Source of the DNA: Eledone cirrhosa
Lineage: Eukaryota
Length of the DNA stretch: 64,000 nucleotides
NCBI GenBank assembly: GCA_964016885.1
Contig: OZ024750.1
Span: 22,816,001 to 22,880,000 of the forward strand
Direction of reading: 5' to 3'
Shown here in pieces: positions 49,164 to 61,290 of this stretch (positions within the stretch are counted from its first letter, which is position 1; every line of letters starts with the position of its first letter). Both the position numbers and the translations under genes were made by a program. The notes under the pieces were generated by a model. That model made no database searches. It was not told where the DNA came from and was given only the letters and a program-made list of their open reading frames with translations.

Positions 49164-51434
49164 GTTACTATCTTAGTATGGAAATAATTAATTATTTTAG
49201 TAAATCCTTCAAGATCCATGGAATAAATAAAGATCAGAATAGATTATTACTGTAAACAGCAAAGAGCCATGTAATAAAATGGTGTTGAGTTGAAGTCTGT
49301 AGGCTTCTCATGACAAGTTGTTAAATTATTAAGTAACAGACAACTTGTTATTGATTGTCAGTTCAACTTCAATGTGTCTTTATACAGTTTTGTTTTCTCT
49401 GTTCAAGAAATGGTGAGGAATAGGTACCTGTTAATTTCAATTTCTTCAATCCCAAATCACAAATTAGTTCACTCAACTGGCAGTAATACTATATTTCTTT
49501 CTGTATAAAATGACATATTTCTGAAGATATAAAAAAAATGGGAATAAATTACATCTTTGTGTTAACCCTGGAGTACAGCTATGCCAATGTAAATTTTTTA
49601 TGTAAACTTGTACTATGTTATCCATCAAAATCCCAATCTCACATATATTTCACTACAATATTCAGTTTCTCATTAAAAAATATAAAACGACATTCCTTAT
49701 TGTTATCAACAAGTATTTGTAATCTTGACATTTCAAATTAGTATTTTTAAAGCTCAGTAAAAATTTCTGCAGAATATGACCCCCTCCCCCCATCTTTTTA
49801 CTGTTAATTTTAGTTCAAAATTACTTGTATTATATGCAAGAAGATTTGGTAAGTACTGAAATCAGTACTAAGATAAGTTCTGTGTCAATATCCATCAAAC
49901 TCACTAATGGGTTACCAGATCAATGTGGTTCGATCTCAAACCACAGTCCCTTAATCAATTCATCTAACTGCCAATAATAATTACCAGATAAATGGTGTTT
50001 GTTCAGATTGTAGTCAGTGTAGATCTTATATTTGCTGTAATTCATAGATTTTACCAGATCTGTCCATTTTTATGATAAACTGATCAAATTTTTCCACTTT
50101 GACTATGAAAAAATTGAAGGCATGTGACCTAGTGGTTAGGGCAGTGGATCTATGACCATAAGGTTGTAGGTTTGATTACTGGACAAGGTAATGTGTCCTT
50201 CAGCTTCATGTTACTCCAGTCCACACAGCTTTAAAAGAAAATGAGTACCAGCATCACCTGGAAGTTATCCTGTAGTGGACTGGTGTCTGGTCTAGGGGAG
50301 AGTATTTTCCAAATAGGACTGACATCCATGACATTAAAAACCTGAGAAACTGCCTATGAGATGTAGCCACGTTGGAGGGCAACTAAACTTATATAGATGT
50401 CAGCTATAACAATAAATCTTCAATTAAACCAATGTTTTCCCATTTGCAAGGGTTGTAACTAACTTGGTTTTGGATGTGAACATAATGTCCACTGGTGAGT
50501 GGAGGTAATCCTATAGTGTGCTGTGATCATTGTTCATATGTCTAGTGTGAATGGCCTTTTTTTTTTTTTTAGGATGCTAAGATTTAACACTGGGTATTAG
50601 AAGACCTGTATCTTCCTTTTTTATTGCTTAACCCTTTCATTACTTTATTTCTAATGAAATAAACTATTTAAATGAATTGACGAAGAATTTAGTGGGAATT
50701 ATTAAAATAGTATTTGTAATATAACTTAAAATTCTCTTATATTAAATTTTGTTGGAAGATTTTATTTATGTGTAGTTTGATTTCATAGAACCAGAGGTGG
50801 GTTGATATTAAGAGGATTAATTAAAGGAAAGGTCAGTAGTACCCACGACCCCTTTCAGGGCCTCAGTGACAGATGGGAGGAAAGTACCCTCAATCCTGAG
50901 ACCAGGTGGGAATACTTGGAACAAAGTATATTCCACTAAAGGCACCCATGGGCCAGGTGATGTTGAACCAGCTGATAGATTTGAGTCTACCAAGGAAAGA
51001 AAATACCACAAGGTAATCCATTGGCTTCTGTAACAATTCTACCAGTCTGCCACCCTAGGCTGGTACCTTTATTTATCATCACCAAAAGGATAAAATCCTC
51101 ACTACATAATAATTAAAAATATATATTTACGTATTGGTGCAGATATAACTGGTTAAGGAGATCACTTTGAAACCATGCAGTTCTGGGTTTAGCCTGTAGC
51201 ACGATATCTGTTATACCCTAGGATTTACTAATGCCGTGAGAGTGGAATAAGTACTGGGATTGATATGAAGGTGGTAGTAGTCTAAATACCGAAAGAAGCA
51301 CAAGAAAAAAAAAATTTATAAAATAGAGAAATATTTGGTTGACAAATTTATAATAGGAAAAGGTGTAAACTTTTTTTTATAAGAAAATAAACTGGCTATC
51401 AGTAAAAATGACACTTCAGTTTTAAATATAAAAC

Positions 51435-51599
51435 CCCTTTGTCACCATATATCTAATGAAAGACACTACCTATGATTAAGAAATAATTTTTAATCGTTAA
51501 GGACGATTCTGAATTGAACAGAATCATCCTAAACAATTAAAAAAAATTATTTGTAAATCATAGGTAGTGTCTTTCATTAGATATATGGTGACGAAAGGG
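51435..51599. mobile_element. Almost fully palindromic MITE (second piggyBac-type family)
   Basis: ccctttgtcaccatatatctaatgaaagacactacctatgatt ... aatcataggtagtgtctttcattagatatatggtgacgaaaggg. Confidence 0.65.
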
Positions 51600-51604
51600 A
51601 TACT

Positions 51605-51785
51605 ATGGGCAAGAATTGCTGGCAGGAGACCCTGAGTAAAATGCTTTGGATAACATCCATGAACTTGGCTGGTCTCGCTTGTCGATCCAGTTGGAGACGG
51701 TTGCTTCTGACTGGACCCGTTGGAAGGAGTGTTTGAGGACTCTCCTCCCATGACCCTCTTAAGAATAAGTCGACGAAGAAGAAGA
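51605..51785 (+). mobile_element. RTE family-2 3' fragment
   Basis: Homologous to 29.0-29.2 kb (reverse) and 53.1 kb. Confidence 0.6.
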
Positions 51786-52929
51786 ATTCTCGCTATTAAG
51801 CTAGTAGTTGGACCATTATTTAACAAAGGTTTTAACATGCTATTATAAAGGACCGTTTTATATTATCAAAATGGTTTTATAAAGGAAACTTGGTCCAATA
51901 AGAAGTTAGCTCCCCTGAACTGATGAAGCGGCCTCAATGGCAATAATTAAAAAACTTTTTTAACTTACGTTGCACTTCATAATTAGTAAAATAACTTTTA
52001 TTCTGAAGAAGTATTTATACGTATTGTAGCATAACATGAAGTAAAAATATTGATAATTAAAAATCCAGAAAAAATTATTTGTGTTTCCATCTTTAGTCAA
52101 TAAATGGAGGAAAGTTGCCATGGAGAAACTTGCACTTGGTGTTTCTTGGCAATATTTTCATTCTCAGTTCAGTTGTTTCTTACTTGGATAGTTACATATG
52201 TAGTTTATTACGAATTTCGATTTATGTTTTTCATATTTTGAAATAGAATTTTGCTCTTTCGTGGTTCATAATTGGGGATCCACTGACCTATGGGGTTTCA
52301 AATGTCCAAACAAGACATTAATAAATAAAATAAAAATACAACATATATATGTGCAAAAAATAAATGGGGAGAGGAAGCAGGCCCTCACACACCATAACAA
52401 GGGGGCGCTGGAGCCTTCCTTCAATAATTTTTGAAGCAAGCCAACACATTCGTGGCATTACCGAAGGTGATAGCGAGGCTAAGATGCTGGAATAACCAAA
52501 CATCTTTCCAATTACATCCCAATGTTTTAAAATAGAAAAGAAATATACGTTTGGATGACGTAACCCTACATACATTACATTGAATGACATAATATACTTA
52601 AATGAGGAGCAGAACGTCTGATACAAAATTTACAACACGTTTAAAATTTAAAAAGGGAAAACTTTCAAACATCTACGCATCGAGTACTCATTTTGGTGAA
52701 CCTACAGTAACTTGATGTAACAATTCCTAAACTATATATATATATATATACATATATGTGTGTTTTGAACAGCGAAAATAGGTTCTTAATTAGTTCATTA
52801 TTTTACGATCGTTTCACAGGGTTGATTGATCATGATAAATCGATATATTGACTAATAGATAGTGGTTATGCCACCTTACACACATACACACATATATATA
52901 TGAAGTTATATCTGTATATATATATACAG

Positions 52930-53272
52930 TGGCTGAATGGCCTTTGGGATAAAGTTACTCGATAGAGAGCGTATCTCGGAGATCAGAGAGTCGTACCAAG
53001 TAGGGCCGCTATTTCTTCGAATTGAGAGATCACAGCTCCGATAATCTGGACATGTAGTCAGTATGTATCAGGAAAGAATTGCTGGACAGATTTTACAGAC
53101 AAAACCAACTGACTGGAGACCCCGAGCAAAATGGTTGGATAACATCCATGAACTCGACTGGATTCGCTTGGGGATCCGGCTGGATTAAGTGGAGGCAGTT
53201 GCTCATAATAGAACGATCTAGAAGGCGTGCTTGAGGACTCTGCCCTCACTACTCTTACAAGAATAAGTGTCC
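52930..53272 (+). mobile_element. RTE family-2 3' fragment
   Basis: LRIERSQLR, GHVV and WLDNIHEL remnants; aagaataagtg end. Confidence 0.65.
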
Positions 53273-53436
53273 AATATCATGAAATAAACTATCTGTTTTG
53301 TAATAGTTTCCTAATAACACAGAAATATCGCGATTTGCCAGTAAATTACATTTCGCAACCTGTAGATATTCGAGATGTTCGGAGGAGATCAGCCATTGAC
53401 TTAGCGGTTTTTTTGACATCGTACGAAGTAATGTTG

Positions 53437-53815
53437 ACGAGGGTGCTTGACTATTCGAGCGCCTTAGCCTCGCTATCCTCCGCGTCAAGGATGAGAGTAT
53501 TTTGGCTTGCCTAAAAAAAAATAAGAAGGAAACAAACGTTTCCTGGTGTTGCATGTAATTGAGTGTGTACATCTTTTTTTAATTATTGATTTGTTTCTTT
53601 TGTAAATCATAAACAATATGCTCATGGAGGTGCTTGGCTATTTCAGCGCCTTAGCTCCGCTATCAGCTGCGGCAATACTATGAGTATTTTAGTTTGCCTC
53701 AAACAATATTTGAAGGAAACATCTGCATTTCCTGTTGATTCATGTAATTGCGTTTTTTTTTTTTTCTGACTAATTTTTATCAATTTGTTTCATTTGTAAA
53801 CCATGAACATTTATA
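53437..53815. repeat. Diverged tandem duplication (~188-bp period) of a hairpin-rich unit
   Basis: gcgccttagcctcgctatc at 53459 and gcgccttagctccgctatc at 53646, with colinear flanks. Confidence 0.75.
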
Positions 53816-54024
53816 TAAATTGTGTTTATATGTATAATAAAATGGAATAAATTATGTTTGGTGTTGAACGCAAGGGGCCTTATGTAATAATAGTCATGTT
53901 GAGAGGTGTGACGTGTTAAAGGATTTAAGCGACTCGATCGAGTGGGACAAATTACAAATGGTGTCATTCGAATGTAATCCTAGTTTGTTATTATTCACCA
54001 CCAAATAACACTGATACAGCAATT

Positions 54025-54059
54025 ATGATTCATAGTTTATTTGTTATAAATAACTCTGG
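54025..54059 (+). CDS. AP3M1: AP-3 mu exon 1
   Basis: MIHSLFVINNS-GG|gtgagt. Confidence 0.9.
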
Positions 54060-57000
54060 GTGAGTAGTCAGCATTGTCTCCCGATATTTCCTTACAGCTC
54101 AGCTAGTATATAACGCATGTAATTTTTTCCACACATCCCAAACTGAGTAAACATGTTTGTCGTAACTTCATTGTAATCTGTCATAAGCATTATGATTGTC
54201 GTAAATTCACGAATTCTATCAGAGACACATGATTGTCACAACCTCCTGAACGTTGTCGTAAGCGTATGCTTGTTATAACATCACCTATTATATCATAAAC
54301 ATGATTGCCGTATCTCTTTCATAAACACACCCACTGGCTTAAACTTCACAGTCCCTCTATAACAGCCGTCTGATATGTTAGAAATAACAGCCAAATCTCT
54401 CATATTATACACACCCGGCCACCGTAAAAAAAGAAGAAACATTGGATAATGTAGTCGGAGTGGACTTCTTTAATCCTTAGGCTAAACAGGATTATCTCTG
54501 TATATCAACTTAATCAACCCGTTCAGTGTTATTAGTCTGTTGCCGAGCAGAGTTAAATTTCGCCCCTTTTATTTTGATATCAAACAACTGATTTCTATTC
54601 ATCCTGGGTCGATAAGTTATTATGTGGGAAACATCTATATGGTCTGTTGGCATGCTAGAAATATTATCCAATTAGCCTTCAATCATACCACCGTCTTAAA
54701 AAAGGGAAGAACATGTTGAATAATGTAGTCTTATATATACTATGTCTGAAAAAGACTGGATGGTCACAGCTGGAACGCTTTTGATCATGTTTGCTAGACT
54801 AGTCTTGGGTCTAAACAATAACAACCAACGAGGGAACTCTATGCAGACGTTCATCCAGCTTGAAATAGCAGCCAAATCTTCCTTAAACCACACTCCTAGT
54901 ATCTTAAAAAAAGAGGACATTAAATATATTAATAAGGTCCTAAATTTCCCTAAAAATATGGAATGGTCATGACTGGAACGCCTTTGATCATAGGTCTGCT
55001 ATATCGGGGTTGACTTGTGCCCAGATAATTACAACAACCGATGTTTTTTTATTTTCGTAATAAATTCCCGAACCAGATGATGACGAATCAAAATTAATAA
55101 TTAACAATTCGATATTCCCAATATATTTGGATTAATAATTCTATTTGAAATATATTTGGTTTGATAATTATTATAATTCTTAATTATCATATATGGTTGT
55201 TTGAAAAAATTCTTTAAAAATATTTTGTCAAATATTGTTGCATTTTTCTGTACGACATCACCGATTACCAACAGACATCGCCTTTACTGGGTTCTCTAAA
55301 AATAAGTATCAGTTATGTACTGGTGTCGATTTTCAGTTTACACCATGCCATTCTCTGCAGTGACTGAAATTCTTATTGTTCTGAATTAAGTTTTTATACG
55401 ATTTTTTTTCTTTAAATAAAAAAAGCTGTCAATATTAGGGTGGTATTTGAGTTTAGCGCTCCGCTTTCAGTTCTGTCACCTTTAGTTATGGCACATGCGA
55501 AAATGGAGTGCTAAACTCAAAGATCAATGAATATTCCTGTGTATCTTCTAAATAGCTTGGTTTTGTAAACTTCAGTATTAGCTTTCCCATCCCCTCTTGG
55601 AAGACTTCAGTGTTTTATAATCTCGTTCCCACTTCCTTATAGATGTGAAGCATTGTACCTATATAAAATTTAAAAAAGAAAAAAATCAATATTTTGTCTA
55701 TTGTTTCTGTCTAGAACTACCATTCCTTCCTTGCACATATTCCACCTGTGACATCCAAGTAGACCAAATTCATTATGAAACTGCAACAACTGTTCATATA
55801 TATTTCATGAGTTGTTTTTATTGATTAATTGAAACAGATATATAAATATATTTACTGAGTAAGAAACCAAAATATATTTAAATATTTATGTTATTATTGT
55901 TTAACACCAAGTCAGCCTGGATTTTTTTTTTTTTTCACTGTTTAGTCAGGGGTGGTGGTGGTAGTCATTGCCCTTGACTCATGAATTTTCAGGGCCTCCA
56001 AGATTGGTGGCTGGAAGGAAGTTATCCTTAAATCAGAGACCTGACCTGAATATTTTCAACAAAGTAAACACTGTTAAAGTCATTCAAGGACCAGGTGATG
56101 GATTAAGTTTACTACCCAAGAATTCAGAATGTAAAGATACAGAACAAATACAAAAAGGCATCACTCTAAATATTTGATCCGTCCACTGTTTTGGACTGAT
56201 ATTTTATTTTATCAACCTCAAAATAATTGTTTCTATTTTTGGCACAAGGCTAGCAACATACCCAGTGCATTACTGGTATTTTATTTTATCGACCCCATAA
56301 GGATGAAAGGCAAAGTTAACCTCGGCGGGATTTGAACTCAGACCATAAAGGACCGTAACTCTATGCTGCAAAGCATGGTGTCCGACTTGCTACACCATGC
56401 TTTGCAGCATAGAGTTACAGTCCTTTATGGTCTGAGTTCAAATCACGCCGAGGTTAACTGAACTCAGTCAAAATAATGAAGGGCAAAGTTGCCCTTGGTG
56501 GGATTTTAACTTATAAATGCAGCAACTCTGCCAATTTGCAGCATATGATTAAAAGTGTTATCATGACCACTCCTTATTTTATTCAGACTTCAGGATAATA
56601 TAGCTTTCCTTATTCATTTATAGTGTATTTAAGATAATTGTTTCTACTTTAGGCACAAGGCCAGCAATTACCCAGTGCATTACTGGTACTTTATTTTATC
56701 GACCCCATAAGGATGAAAGCAAAGTTAACCTCGGCGGGATTTGAACTCAGATCGTAAAGGGACGTAACTATGTTGGAAAGCATGGCGTCCGACCCTCTAC
56801 TGATACTGCCAATCAATGGAATCTTACTCTAATTATAAGATGAGATGGTTACAACTGGAATGCTTTTTGACTTAGGGATAACCTGGGGTTAAACAACAAC
56901 ACTAGTAACTAGATATATTCAGTGAAAATTTGACTGGCCCATAAACTTGTAGAAGAGGGAAGACGCTGCACTTTTTTTAGATAAACAATTTAACAATGAA

Positions 57001-60000
57001 AATTTGGGAGAGTAGGATGCAAAAATTGTTGTTAAACTAAATAATGTATGACATCTCTAGTTGCACTCATATATTTGTATAGAATCTTTATCACTGATGA
57101 CATATCTACATAGCTAACAAAAAGTATATAGAGAGTTTGTGAAAGAGTTTGAAAAGTCATGGCTGTGTGGTTCAGAAATTTGCTTTTCAACTACGTAGGT
57201 TTCTGCTTCAACCTCATTACATGACATCTGTCGTAACACAATACCTTAACATCAGTATGAGCAGCCTATTAAAGCCAGTTTGAACAGAAAGAGGTGAGAG
57301 AATTCTGGCTGGATACAGCCGGATTAAATTCTAAAGGGTTAAAAGAGTACTTTTTCTTGCAATTGTTTGGACCAGGTCTCTTGTTTGAAAATAATTTCCT
57401 CCAACCTGTCTCAGAAGCCCTTAACCTTTTAGCATTCACATTACTCTATATATACTATTATATTTTCATGGTAAATGCTTTATCTCACCTAATTATCTCA
57501 CATAATATCGAATCTATGAGATTTTGAAAGTATTTATTTTGAGAACAATACTTTAACATTAGTTTGAGTGACACTTTAACATTAGTTTGAGTGACCAGTT
57601 ACAGCCAGTTTCAACAGAAAAAGGTAGAGAATTCTGGCTGGTTTTGGCCGGTTTGATCATTAAAGGGTTAAAAAGGTCACTGGTATTGTCCTTTCAACTC
57701 TAAGTTCAATTTTTTTTGATGAGTGAAAGATTTAATATTTCAGTCACTTGTTCTACATCTGATTGACAAAGAGAAATGAATATTGTTGCTTTGGTTATAG
57801 GTAAGAATATAGCTACCATCATCAGCTTTTTTACCCCACCCCCAACAATAACTATCTATGCTTTGGCCTTCATTCCATCATAAGAATGCTTCAACACAGA
57901 ATTTAGGCATAGCCATCTCATGCTAGTGTCTCATGTCCATATTGTTATTTATAGCAATACATATGTAACTAAGATGCACATACACACATATATACATCCA
58001 TAATCATAGCATGCCAGCTTTATATAATATCGTTCTCTAGTTAGGTGAGTTTATTTACTAATAGCAAACATATATTTTATTTTATTTCAGAGATGTGTTT
58101 ATGGAAAAACACTGGAAGAGTGTAATCCACAAGTCTATATGTGATTACTTCTTTGAGGTTCAAGGAAGAGTAAGTGCTAACATTATATTTCACGGGAGAG
58201 TTAAAACCAGAATTTGTCAAAGGAATACATTGTTTATGATTTTCAAATCATTTTGAAAATAATCAAGAATTTAGAGGGATATCTTCATATAAAAAACATT
58301 TTCATTATTTCTATGGTATTTGGAACAGAACTTAAGAAGGGTTTATATATAAAAAAATTATGATGGATTTTTTTAGTTAAATATAAACAGTTTGAGGTTG
58401 TTTAGTACCAAAATGGTTTATTATAACTGCAGTTACTATTAATTCTGGTGCTGCTATAACTATGTCTCTGTCAGTTTAGAATGATCACTGCTGATTATTT
58501 CATTACATCTGTTAGCAAGTATTTAATATATTGGAGATATGAATCTTTGTAATTGTAGACTATCCAAGATATTGTCATCACCAAATTGGAGAGTTTGGTG
58601 AACGTCAGAGTTATCTCTGAAGTGTACTATTTGAATGTGATAAAAATGATAGCATTAAGACAGGTTTCATTCTCTTATTGGAGTGATTGGGGAAGGTTTT
58701 GCACTTGGTAATATATGTGAGACAGGCTGAAAGAAGAAAAATTGGGGAGGAGCTTAGCTTTATGTGTAAGACAGATGGGGTGAGGGAGAAGAGGAGTTTA
58801 GTTTTGTGTACGATAGATGGACAGAGAGGGAGAAGAAGAGTTTGGGAGGATTTTAGTTGTGTGTGAGACAGAAGGAAGAAGTGTTAGGAAGGAATTTAGA
58901 TTTGTGTATAAGACGGAGATGAAAAGAAAAGTTTGGGAGGAGTTTAGTTGTGTGTGTGACAGACAGAAGAGTTTGGGAGGAGTTTAGTTCTATGTGTAAG
59001 ACAGACAGTGAAGGAGAAGAAGAGTTTGGGAGGAGTTTAGTTGTGTGTGTGACAGACAGTAGAGTTTGGGAGGAGTTTAGTTGTGTGTGTGACAGACAGT
59101 AGAGTTTGGGAGGAGTTTAGTTGTGTGTGAGACAGACAGGGAAGAAGAGTTTGCGAGGAACTTAGTTCTGTGTTTGGAGATTTAAGCAACAAAACAGGCA
59201 GCATATGCAGTGATTTTTATCAGCAGGAGTGTTAATTACATAACCATCAGGGGTGAGAAGGTGGGTGGGTATGAAAGTTCTGAAAATTTAGTGGCGAACT
59301 TCTTAGTAGGTGGTGGTGGGGGATAGAGCTTGCAGTCTGAGTGGGTAATGCATGAAGGAATCTGTTGCTTATCTGATAGTTGTCATACAAATGTTTTGGT
59401 GGTAGGTACATGCCTCTCACTCTTAATATGGTAGGTAACTGCCACTAGTTCTTAAGGTAGATTTGCTCTCAGTAAGAAACTCCATTATCGTCATTCATAG
59501 AATTAGACCTTTTATTACCATAATTCTTATATAAGACACTGCCTATGATTTTAAAATAATTTTTAAAATAACTGCCTATCATTTAAAAATAATCAAGATT
59601 TTGGATGGATTTAATCATTTAACTAAAGAAACCATTATTATTATATAAAAGAAATCATTATTTAGAGCATCACATAATAAAGATTCTTACATAGAATTAT
59701 GATGGAAGGTTTTTAAATAAATATAAACAAGGGCAGTTTCAGGTGGTTTGGTATCAAAAGGGTTAAGTTAACGTTAACATATTTAACCCTTTTATGACCA
59801 TATTTCTAATGACATGCACTGTATTTAAATTGATTATGTCAGATTAGTTCACTACGAAGATGTATTTACTTATTTATTACTAGTATAATATAGTATATTT
59901 ATTACTAGTATAATATTTATTCATTTGTGTTTCATTATTTCAGGCTGTTTCCTTGGATGATGTTCCACCTGTCATTGCTACACCCCATCATTATCTTATC

Positions 60001-61236
60001 AATATCTACAGAAACCAATTATATTTTGTTGCAGTTGTAACAACTGAAGGTAAACAATCTTTTTACAATATATACTTCACTGCAGACATTATTATTCAGT
60101 CAACTTTTCTCTAACACATGCCGATATTATTGGAGCTGTGATTTCTCAATTTGGAGAATTAACGACTCTGATCTCCGAGCTACGCACTCTATCTAGTAAC
60201 GTTACTCCCAAAAACCTTCAGAGGAACCCCATTTCGGCCGCTTGTATTCTTGATCGTATTCTTTTGGTTATTCAAGATTCATGACCATAGGTAAGGTTTG
60301 GCCCAAATACCGAATTGAAGATAGTGAGTTTGGCTTTTGCACCTACCTCGCTTCTGATTACTGAATGCTGAAGCTGGCGCATTTAATTTAACCTCCTGCC
60401 TTTCATCACTTGTGAACATGGCCCCGAGATACTTGAACTTCCCTACCTGCTTCAGTGGAACTCCATTCACATAGAGTGCCCTGCACAGGCTTCCTTGAGA
60501 GGACCTGTCTCTCAGTTTTCACAGCACTGATTTTCATTCCAGTCATGCAGCACTCGGCATCAAACCTATCAAGTGCAAGTCAGAGATCACCTTCTGTCAA
60601 TTTAAGTAACACCATATCATCAGCAAATTCCAGCCAACTGATTTTACACCCACCAGTCATTATACCACTTCCAACCCAGCTGTGCATGTCAATCCTGTTC
60701 ATGTAAATAATGAACAGGGGAGGTGATAGTACGCAACCTTGGCGGATTCTGACTTCCACATTGAATGGTCTCGATTTAGCACCATTTATCCGAACAGTAA
60801 TAAGAAAGTTATATTACAAAATCCCTTCTAATTCTTGATTATTTTCAAAATCTTTTGAAAATCATAGGCAGTGTCTTATGTTAGAAATATGGAAATGAAA
60901 ATTTAAGGTTAAAGAAGTGATAATGATATTTTTATAATAATTGATAATTAAACATGTTTTTTTTTATTGAAATTTAAAAATTCTATAATTGTTTACCATT
61001 TTTTAATTTTATTTTCAGTGTCTCCACTTTTTGTAATTGAATTTCTGCACAGAGTATTTGATACATTTGAAGATTATTTTGCTGAGTGCACAGAATCGAC
61101 AATCAAAGAGCATTATGTTATAGTGTATGAGGTAACAATGTATTCTTTATTTTAAGTGCAGTGTGCGATTAACAATTACTATTATCTTCTCAACTCTCAG
61201 CAGTATTGTTTCATAATTTCACTATCACAGCCCACA

Positions 61237-61290
<54 letters not shown>

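Noticed and set aside
51918-51960. CTGATGA near a short hairpin
   Set aside because: No GAAA or stems in the required positions.
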